Assembly: GCA_965263355.1 (NCBI GenBank)
Contig: CBDHHL010000032.1
Location: forward strand, 960,001-1,024,000
Length of the DNA: 64,000 nt
Direction of reading: 5' to 3'
Source: Leptolyngbyaceae cyanobacterium
GTDB lineage: Bacteria; Cyanobacteriota; Cyanobacteriia; Phormidesmidales; Phormidesmidaceae
This document shows positions 18,924-26,853 of this stretch, piece by piece. Position 1 is the stretch's first letter; each line of letters starts with the position of its first letter. The position numbers and the translations under genes are program-made. Under the pieces are notes generated by a model. It did not search any database, had not been told where the DNA came from, and worked only from the letters and a program-made list of their open reading frames with translations.

Positions 18924-21614
18924 TCATAAAGAAAATGCTGACTTGGAGGAAATGGCACAGGTAGCGCTGGCAAATGATGAAACAGTTGCATTGGCTGAAA
19001 TCAACTCAATTTGTCCTAGAGCATTGGTATACCAGACATTAGCTTCTTCTAAGATCGCATCAGTGGGCAAAACAGAAACTTTAGTTTGAGAATTGTTGAG
19101 AAAAGGAGTGAGGTCGCGGGTGTCAGTCCAGATGAGATCGCGACGCACCCCCTCAGTCGGGGCCACAGGCACTCCACCACGCCCTGTGACAACAAACTGA
19201 TTACGCCCGCCCGTACAGCCCTGAACAACCTGGTTACTGGCATCTGCTAAATTTTCAGGCAGTTCTACCAGTCCTGAATCTGGCTGTACATCAAAGTCAT
19301 TAATGGCAACCGTACCACTAAGACCAAACTTAGAACTTGCGGTAATGTCGTTATCGGGGGTGAGTTGTTCACGGAACACCAACCCAAACAGCCCCTGGGT
19401 CGTAATATCAATATTGCCACCACTGCCAAAAACCGCATTAGCAACAATGTCGCTGTTCTCTAAACCAACAATTACCGGAGCCGTTAAGGTAATATTCCCT
19501 CCTGTTGCCATACCAGTGGCACTGGTCACAATTTGACTATTCTGACGCAGCAATATCACTTCAGTTGCCGTAACTTCAAGATTTCCTTCACTACCGCCAG
19601 TTACCTGAGCTTGAAGAGTTCCATTGTTCAGAGAGAGTCTCTCAGTGGAAATCGATAAGTTACCAGCAGCGCCACCGTTGAGGCTATTGACTGACACAAC
19701 CCCCTGATCACGAATCGTAATCTGATTACCAATAAGATTAACCGAACCAGCATCGGCACTGGCATCGGCATTCGTTGTCGCACCAGACATAATTCCACTG
19801 CTAAACAGACCATCCGTAGATTGTCCCGAGACTTCAATTTCATCGGCACGAATCGTTACAGTCCCCGCATTACCGGCTCCATCCGTAGAGGCCGTAATTT
19901 GTCCACCATTATAAACACTTAAACGATTTGCCTCAATATCTAACGACCCACCATTGCCAGTTGAACCAGTGACAGCATTGGCCACTAAACCACTGACCGC
20001 ATCAACAAAATCTACAATTGGATCGGCCACTTCTATTTCATCGGCTCGAATAGTAATATTCCCTCCATTACCCTCTGCAAGGGTATTGACGGCAACTTTT
20101 CCTCCTGCCACAACGCTTAATCGAGGTGTGGTAATACTCAAGTTGCCAGCGTTTCCAGTCGAACCAGGTTCAGCACTGGAAAATAAACCACTGGATATAA
20201 CACCACCAATAAATGTATTAAATCCAGTAATTTCCACAAAATCTGTCGCCACCACCACTAAATCACCAGCGTTGCCGCCCGCCCCCTCAAACGGACCTGT
20301 TCCTACTTGGGCTCCATCACGTAGAACTAACGACCCAATATTAAATCGTAAATCACTACCATTTCCACTATCAAGTCCTATGCCCAAAACATCACCAGTC
20401 ACCCGCGCCGTACCCTGAGCGATTAAACGCTCAGCAGTAATTTCGATCCCGCCTCCTTGTCCGCTATCATAAGTATTTGCAGCAAGAACAGTTGCAGCTA
20501 TATTTCCATCGGGATCTCCCAACAGCAAAACATCGTTTGCACTGATAGTTATCCCCCCGCTAGCCCCTTGAGCAAGGGTATCGGTACTGACATAAGCTGA
20601 TTGACTAAGCAATAACTGATCTGCCTCAATCAGTAACTGATTACCTCGCCCCTCACCATAAACATCAACGAAGATGAAACTGGTATCGGGTGCCGGCATA
20701 TTTGTTCCAATCACCTCTAATTTTTCAGACGCTTGAATAGTCACTGTTTCACCATCGGCTGCCCCCAGATTAGAGGCTTCTAAAGCCGCATTATCAAGTA
20801 CCCTCACATTACGTCCCTGGACTTGGAATCTACCACCACCATCACCACTAACATCAGCATATGTTCCCTGGTCAAGGGTAACATCCTGAAAAGAAGTTGC
20901 ATTTGTGTAGTCCAACAAAAAAGTATCCGTCTCCAGAGCAACTTCACTTCCTGGGGCTACACTACCCAGAGATAACATTCCCGCAGGAGCGTTCAAGAAA
21001 CTGCCTGTAACCTGCAGCTCTCCCCCCAAGAACCCTAGAGACTCTCCTGGATTAACAACTAGGACTCCTTGATCAATATTAATCGGACTGGCAACAGCCC
21101 CAAACTGTAACCCTACTGGCACACTCACTGACAATAAAGGTGCACTCCCAGGATCGCGGCTGCTAAAACTCAGTCCATCATCGAATAAAACACTCTCCGC
21201 TGTACTGGCAAAAAATGATCCTGGCAACAACAAACTTGCATTAGCACCAAAAGTAATACCGTTGGGATTGATCAGAAATAAGTCTGGATTGTTTCCACCG
21301 GTTAACTCTAACTGCCCATCAATTAAAGAGAGATTTGCCCCCGTTACTCGACCAATAACGACATCCACAGCACTCTGAGTGCCATCTAGCTGAAACAGCA
21401 CATCGGCTGTACTGGGCGAAAATTCTTGAAAACTATGGAACAATGTTGTCAACTGCTGGCTACCGCCCGTGACGGTGAAGGGGCCATCGCCTGCAATGGT
21501 GGTACCCACTGTTCCATCCGCGACTACATTCTGAGCATAGCCAGGCAAAGCCAATGCCAAAATGCCGATTACCCCCAGCCACCCTATGGGCCAAGCAAAT
21601 CGTCTATTGCTCAT
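18924..21614 (-). CDS. Filamentous haemagglutinin-like TpsA exoprotein, paralogue B
   Basis: Same architecture; first ~144 aa identical to paralogue A, central repeats diverged. Confidence 0.93.
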   Translation of the reverse strand: MSNRRFAWPIGWLGVIGILALALPGYAQNVVADGTVGTTIAGDGPFTVTGGSQQLTTLFHSFQEFSPSTADVLFQLDGTQSAVDVVIGRVTGANLSLIDGQLELTGGNNPDLFLINPNGITFGANASLLLPGSFFASTAESVLFDDGLSFSSRDPGSAPLLSVSVPVGLQFGAVASPINIDQGVLVVNPGESLGFLGGELQVTGSFLNAPAGMLSLGSVAPGSEVALETDTFLLDYTNATSFQDVTLDQGTYADVSGDGGGRFQVQGRNVRVLDNAALEASNLGAADGETVTIQASEKLEVIGTNMPAPDTSFIFVDVYGEGRGNQLLIEADQLLLSQSAYVSTDTLAQGASGGITISANDVLLLGDPDGNIAATVLAANTYDSGQGGGIEITAERLIAQGTARVTGDVLGIGLDSGNGSDLRFNIGSLVLRDGAQVGTGPFEGAGGNAGDLVVVATDFVEITGFNTFIGGVISSGLFSSAEPGSTGNAGNLSITTPRLSVVAGGKVAVNTLAEGNGGNITIRADEIEVADPIVDFVDAVSGLVANAVTGSTGNGGSLDIEANRLSVYNGGQITASTDGAGNAGTVTIRADEIEVSGQSTDGLFSSGIMSGATTNADASADAGSVNLIGNQITIRDQGVVSVNSLNGGAAGNLSISTERLSLNNGTLQAQVTGGSEGNLEVTATEVILLRQNSQIVTSATGMATGGNITLTAPVIVGLENSDIVANAVFGSGGNIDITTQGLFGLVFREQLTPDNDITASSKFGLSGTVAINDFDVQPDSGLVELPENLADASNQVVQGCTGGRNQFVVTGRGGVPVAPTEGVRRDLIWTDTRDLTPFLNNSQTKVSVLPTDAILEEANVWYTNALGQIELISANATVSSFASATCAISSKSAFSL

Positions 21615-21749
21615 ATCTACAGGCCATTACAACACAGCATTTTATCTCAGGCCCATCTACCTCACTTAGTTAGAAAGCTCAGGGTAAGGGATGAGTTTGC
21701 ACCCATATGGGTTCTAGAGTAGCAGAGATAGCGATGCGATCGCACCAAA
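21325..21749. repeat. Near-identical direct repeat copy 2
   Basis: Matches 18432-18856; HIP1 at 21736-21743. Confidence 0.92.
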
Positions 21750-21775
21750 ACCGTTACCCTAGAATACGACGACTC

Positions 21776-22549
21776 ATGACAGCGCCCATGCCGGTCTCCC
21801 TGCTCACCCTCAAAGACATCGATAAGGTTTATCAAAACGGTACAGTCGCTTTACAGGGAGTCAATCTAAATATCAAACCGGGGGAGTTTATCAGCCTGGT
21901 GGGGCCATCGGGCTGCGGCAAAAGCACTATATTGCGTTTAGTGGCTGGGTTGGGCTCTCCCACTGACGGCATTATGCACTGGCAATGTCCCAGCGACCAG
22001 CGTCAGCTAGCCTATGTCTTCCAGGATCCAGCGCTGATGCCCTGGGCTAATGTTGTAGACAATATCTACTTACCCCTAAAGCTGATGGGACAGTCACGGC
22101 GATCTGTCCGGGCCAGCATTCAAGATGCCATTAACACCGTTAACCTCTGCGGCTTTGAACAAAGCTACCCCCGGCAGCTATCAGGCGGAATGAAAATGCG
22201 CGTATCCATTGCCCGAGCGCTGGTCACTAAACCTCAAATACTACTGATGGATGAACCCTTTGGTGCCTTGGATGAAATGACCCGCAGTCGTTTGAACAGT
22301 GACCTGCTACACCTATGGAAAGCAAAACACTGGACCGTCTTATTTGTTACCCACAACATTTATGAAGCCGTTTATCTCTCTACCCGAGTAATCGTTATGG
22401 CAGCCCATCCTGGCAGAACTGTGGCAGATATTCCCATTGAAGCAACCTATCCCAGAATAAATTCGTTCCGCACATCGTCACAGTTTAATCATTATTGTCG
22501 CGAAATTATGGCAGCCCTGTCAGAGGAGGAAGGTATTAGCCTGGGTTAG
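21776..22549 (+). CDS. ABC transporter ATP-binding protein, NitT/TauT family
   Basis: GPSGCGKS, LSGGMKMR, LLMDEPFGALD, VTHN; start placed at 21776 because the upstream extension lies in duplicated non-coding DNA. Confidence 0.93.
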   Translation: MTAPMPVSLLTLKDIDKVYQNGTVALQGVNLNIKPGEFISLVGPSGCGKSTILRLVAGLGSPTDGIMHWQCPSDQRQLAYVFQDPALMPWANVVDNIYLPLKLMGQSRRSVRASIQDAINTVNLCGFEQSYPRQLSGGMKMRVSIARALVTKPQILLMDEPFGALDEMTRSRLNSDLLHLWKAKHWTVLFVTHNIYEAVYLSTRVIVMAAHPGRTVADIPIEATYPRINSFRTSSQFNHYCREIMAALSEEEGISLG

Positions 22550-22563
22550 AAGCGCAGCAGCGC

Positions 22564-22594
22564 GTAGGTTGGGTTGAATTCATAAAACCCAACA
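22564..22594 (+). repeat. GTAG-type REP-like palindrome (small dispersed repeat)
   Basis: GTAG-GTTGGGTT-N10-AACCCAAC, intergenic. Confidence 0.6.
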
Positions 22595-22686
22595 TTATCC
22601 ATACAAGAAAAACGCAGATTAGACAGGTCATTAGAACCATAGGTGAGCATCCCCCATTATTCCAAAGAACAATCATAAAACAACAA

Positions 22687-23508
22687 TTGTCACAGGTATC
22701 ACAGGTGTTCAAGAACAGAAAATCAGAGGCAATTTGGAATTGGTTAGCCCCAGCCCTAGTGGGCCTAACCGCCATCATCGGTTGGGAGCTTTTCGTACGC
22801 ATCACCAATATCCCCCCCTATCTTTTGCCAGGTCCAGGGCTGGTGCTCAAAACCCTAGTAGAAGAATGGGGAGATTTATTACCATCGCTCTTAATCACCG
22901 TTCAAATTACGGTAACAGCTTTTTTAGCCGCTGTTGTATCAGGCCTGTTGATTGCAATTCTGTTTGCCCAAAGTAAGTGGATCGAGCGCAGTTTTTTCCC
23001 CTATGCAGTGATTTTACAAACAACACCGATTGTTGCGATCGCACCCCTGATCATCATTTGGTTTCAAAACAACACCTTTATGGCCCTAGTGGTATGTGCC
23101 TGGATTGTAGCCTTTTTTCCAATTGTCTCTAACACCACCCTGGGTCTTAACAGTGCCGATCACAATCTGCAAAACCTATTTGAAATCTATGGCGCATCTC
23201 GCTGGCAGACCCTAATTCATTTGCGATTGCCCAGTGCACTCCCCTACTTCCTAGGAGGACTGCGCATTAGCGGTGGTCTGGCCCTAATCGGGGCAGTTGT
23301 AGCAGAGTTTGTAGCCGGTACCGGCGGCACACGTGCCGGTATTGCTTATCAGATTCTAATTTCCAGCTTTAATCTCCAGATTCCTCGAATGTTCGCTGCA
23401 TTGCTGATGACGACAGTGTTAGGGGTAGCCATCTTTGTCGGGCTAACGGTATTGTCTGATCGGTTACTGGCCCATTGGCATGAGAGTGCCATTAGACGAG
23501 AAAATTAA
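22687..23508 (+). CDS. ABC transporter permease, NitT/TauT family
   Basis: Multiple TMs, QTTPIVAIAPL, LRLPSALPYFLGGLRI, GAVVAEF; start uncertain. Confidence 0.92.
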   Translation: MSQVSQVFKNRKSEAIWNWLAPALVGLTAIIGWELFVRITNIPPYLLPGPGLVLKTLVEEWGDLLPSLLITVQITVTAFLAAVVSGLLIAILFAQSKWIERSFFPYAVILQTTPIVAIAPLIIIWFQNNTFMALVVCAWIVAFFPIVSNTTLGLNSADHNLQNLFEIYGASRWQTLIHLRLPSALPYFLGGLRISGGLALIGAVVAEFVAGTGGTRAGIAYQILISSFNLQIPRMFAALLMTTVLGVAIFVGLTVLSDRLLAHWHESAIRREN

Positions 23509-23521
23509 CTACAAGGAAATT

Positions 23522-24859
23522 ATGTCTGGATTTGTCAATGTGCCTGATACCGCGCACTACTGGTTAACCAATGGTCGGGTACCACTATGTTTATTAGACA
23601 ATGATTTAACCCTGGAACCCATTGCCTCCTTGCAGGCGTTTCCCCATCAGGAGGCATTGGTAGCGGTGGATATAAAGATTATGAAGGGGACGATTGCCAG
23701 CATCATGCCCGCTGGCCAAACGGACCTGGGGGATTTACCCAAGGTTGATTTGGGTCAAGGACTAATCTGGCCTTGCTTTATCGATATGCACACCCATCTC
23801 GATAAAGGCCATACCTGGCCACGGTGTCCTAACCCTGACGGGACCTTTAGGGGAGCCATAGAAACCGTACGCAACGACCATCGCAACTGGCAGCACGATG
23901 AGCTGTACCATCGCATGGAATTTGGACTCAAGAGCAGCTATGCCCATGGCACCCAAGCAATTCGTACCCATTTGGATAGCTTTGGTCCCTTAGGACGCAC
24001 TAACTTTGCAGTGTTCGATCAACTTCGACGTCAATGGACCGAAAAACTTCACCTGCAGGCTGTATGTCTGGTATCACTAGACTATTTCCTAACCCCAGAA
24101 GCAGAGTCCTTAGCCCAACTCGTAGCAGAATTCGATGGGGTATTAGGGGGAGTAGCCTACCTAAATGAAGCGCTCGTTTCTCAGCTAGATCAGGTCTTTA
24201 CCCTAGCCAAACGCTATGGGCTAGATCTCGATTTCCACACCGATGAAAGCCTTAATCCAGAAGATATTACCCTACGCTACGTAGCCGAAGCAGCACTGCG
24301 CCATAATTTTCAGGGTTCAATTACCTGTGGTCACTGCTGTAGTCTGTCCGTACAATCCCCTGAGGTCATTGAACACACTCTATCGCTGGTCAAGGCAGCA
24401 AATATCGGTGTTGTCAGTCTGCCTATGTGTAATCTTTATCTGCAGGATCGTCAACCTACGTACACTCCACGCTATCGAGGGGTGACTATTCTCCATGAAT
24501 TACATCAATACGGTATCCCAGTTGCACTAGCTAGCGATAACTGCCGCGATCCGTTCTATGCCTATGGCGATCACGATGGGTTAGATGTATTCAAACAATC
24601 GGTACGGATTGGTCATTTGGATCGCCCTTTTGACCATTGGCCCAAAAGTCTAACCAGCCGTCCTGCTCAACTAATGGGCCTAGCTGCCAATACAGGCACT
24701 CTGACAATTGGAAACTCGGCTAATCTGATTTGCTTTAAAGCTCGTACCTTAAATGAACTCGTGGCCAGGGCCCAAGAAAATCGAGTAGTTCTACGTCAAG
24801 GGATACAAATAAATACGACCTTACCGGACTACAGAGAGTTAGATAGCTGGATCAGCTGA
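23522..24859 (+). CDS. codA: Cytosine deaminase-like amidohydrolase
   Basis: DMHTHLDK, AIRTH, DFHTDE, GHCCSL, ASDNCRDPFYAYG motifs. Confidence 0.88.
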   Translation: MSGFVNVPDTAHYWLTNGRVPLCLLDNDLTLEPIASLQAFPHQEALVAVDIKIMKGTIASIMPAGQTDLGDLPKVDLGQGLIWPCFIDMHTHLDKGHTWPRCPNPDGTFRGAIETVRNDHRNWQHDELYHRMEFGLKSSYAHGTQAIRTHLDSFGPLGRTNFAVFDQLRRQWTEKLHLQAVCLVSLDYFLTPEAESLAQLVAEFDGVLGGVAYLNEALVSQLDQVFTLAKRYGLDLDFHTDESLNPEDITLRYVAEAALRHNFQGSITCGHCCSLSVQSPEVIEHTLSLVKAANIGVVSLPMCNLYLQDRQPTYTPRYRGVTILHELHQYGIPVALASDNCRDPFYAYGDHDGLDVFKQSVRIGHLDRPFDHWPKSLTSRPAQLMGLAANTGTLTIGNSANLICFKARTLNELVARAQENRVVLRQGIQINTTLPDYRELDSWIS

Positions 24860-24874
24860 AATCCTAACAAAAAA

Positions 24875-25558
24875 TTACGGGCTCTCTGAAGTGACAGGGG
24901 CCACATCTAAGCGCCTTAAGGAAATTTCTGCAGCCTCTGACACTTGAGGATGGCTATCTTTAGCCAAATATCGCAGTGCCGAAACACCCTTATCACTGGG
25001 CATATTACCTAACGCCTCTGCCAGTCGCTGCCGTACTAGCCAATCTTCAGACTGCACAAAAGCCAGAATTTCAGTCAAGGCTGTCAGGTCGCCAATTTCA
25101 CCGAAGGCGGCAATGGCTGCCTGCTGCAGAATTACCTCTGGACTATGAAGTGCTTGAATTAACGCATCATGAGCACGGGAATCCTTGAGGTTACCCAAGG
25201 AAACAGCCGCACTAAAGCGCACTAACCAATCGGTATCTTCATAAAATGAACGAATCAGCGGCTCAAATGCCCGTGGATCCTCTAAATACCCCAAAGCACC
25301 CGCCGCATCAGCACGAATACCATAATCTGGGTCAGTTTCTAAAATTTTGACCAACAGAGGAAAGCTTTCTTTAGTTTGCTTCACACCCAAGGCAAAAATT
25401 GCCATGGAACGTACCTGTTGATTTTCATCATCTAGGACTAACTTAATCAGCTCTAAGGCATCAGACCCCGGCACGTCTCGCAGAGCGGCCAGTGATAATT
25501 TTTTTTCTTTGAGATCACCGGTTCTAAGTTTCTCAGCAAGGACGACCAAGTCAATCAT
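24875..25558 (-). CDS. nblB: HEAT-repeat protein, NblB-like phycobilisome degradation protein
   Basis: RSMAIFALG, DYGIRADAAGALGYLED, WLVRFSAAVSLGNL, WLVRQRLAEALG. Confidence 0.78.
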   Translation of the reverse strand: MIDLVVLAEKLRTGDLKEKKLSLAALRDVPGSDALELIKLVLDDENQQVRSMAIFALGVKQTKESFPLLVKILETDPDYGIRADAAGALGYLEDPRAFEPLIRSFYEDTDWLVRFSAAVSLGNLKDSRAHDALIQALHSPEVILQQAAIAAFGEIGDLTALTEILAFVQSEDWLVRQRLAEALGNMPSDKGVSALRYLAKDSHPQVSEAAEISLRRLDVAPVTSESP

Positions 25559-26069
25559 GGGCTCAAGAATAGGAATTATATAGAAATTATAGTTAGGACT
25601 ATCGACAGATATACAGACAAATACTGGATTCCATCATAGTTTACAGGGCAGGGGGAATGGCCCAATAAATTCCGATCCCCATTTCAGTGAAATGTGCGGA
25701 ATTCCGAACGGCGTGTTTGAAGGAATTACTCTGGGAAGGCTAAATAACATCTCAAAGCAACTGCTTACTCAGGCATTTCCCAATATCCACAACCTTAGTT
25801 AAAGGGTTCCATAGTCCAATGGCTTATTTATCTCCAAATAAACGACAAACTCGCCGCAACCGCCATCGATATACCCCCGCACCTAACGGTAAACCTAGAC
25901 GCACTCGTTCTGGCGGTAGTCGTTAAAACGTCTAGCAAAAATTTCTGTTTTTGTTAACGTTAGTTTGGTGTGAGAGTTGTTATAGCTAAAGGTATGAATA
26001 GGCCCTTAGCGTATTGACTCGTGACGGTCTTTTCACCAGATAAACTAACAACCTACCCTGAGGCTATCC

Positions 26070-26456
26070 ATGACTACCAGTAATGTTCTGCAGTTTATGC
26101 AGAAGACTGCCAACAACACCACGCTGCAGAAGCGACTTGAGCAACTGCTTGGCTGTGGCGATGGCGACATTAGTTCCAGTGTAAATCTTGATCCCGAAGA
26201 ATCCCTGGCCTTAAGCCAGCGTGCACCCAAAGTAATCGAATTGGCTGCATCCCTGGGCTATGAGTTTTCTAACGATGAACTGCTATCTGTGATTGATGCT
26301 TTTCAGCAACATCAAAATGGCACTATTTCGGATCAAACCTTTGCCGATCTCGTTGGGATCGCATCAGACGAAGGCGTACGTCCTGCCGTAAGAAATAACT
26401 TCAAACGTCTTGCCAATTATTTGTCTAAGACCTATTTAGGCGTACGTCTGTCTTAG
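26070..26456 (+). CDS. Nif11-like domain protein
   Basis: V.QFMQK..NTTLQ..L ... VIELAASLGYEFSNDEL pattern; RBS and downstream terminator. Confidence 0.7.
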   Translation: MTTSNVLQFMQKTANNTTLQKRLEQLLGCGDGDISSSVNLDPEESLALSQRAPKVIELAASLGYEFSNDELLSVIDAFQQHQNGTISDQTFADLVGIASDEGVRPAVRNNFKRLANYLSKTYLGVRLS

Positions 26457-26497
26457 AAAAAGGGCTTCTAGCAACAAAGCAAATAGTTCTTAATAAC

Positions 26498-26530
26498 CTG
26501 GGGTTTCAAATTGTTTTTTTGAAACCCCAA
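26498..26530 (+). terminator. Intrinsic terminator-like hairpin
   Basis: TGGGGTTTCAAA-loop-TTTGAAACCCCA followed by a T-rich tract. Confidence 0.7.
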
Positions 26531-26853
26531 GTTTCTTTAAAGAGATTACACAACAATGATCCCCGCATATATCTCCGAGTAATCTCTGGTCATCCCCAGG
26601 GATATTTTTTTTACGTAACGCCGCTTTGAGAAACGTAACAGCTCTGGATAAGAAAGTCTAAGTCCGTTAAAGTGTCATTGGACTATCTATGGGTCCTGGT
26701 ATAACAAAACAATAGGCAGTTACTCTAGCTGGTGCCTCTGATAAGTTTGTGTAGGCTAACGTTCTAAGTCTGACCACTGTGAATGAAGGTGAATTTCAGT
26801 GGCAGTTTATCGCCTTTCTCCTTAAATCTTTTCTATAGTGCAGGTCACATAAC

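Noticed and set aside
18814..19089. ORF sharing its N-terminus with the long version of the ABC ATPase ORF (21707)
   Set aside because: By-product of the duplicated non-coding block; it overlaps tpsA-B antisense, and the real ATPase start is probably 21776
26070..26456. Lanthipeptide or RiPP cluster around the Nif11-like gene
   Set aside because: No LanM, YcaO, radical SAM or peptidase-ABC gene nearby, and no double-glycine leader
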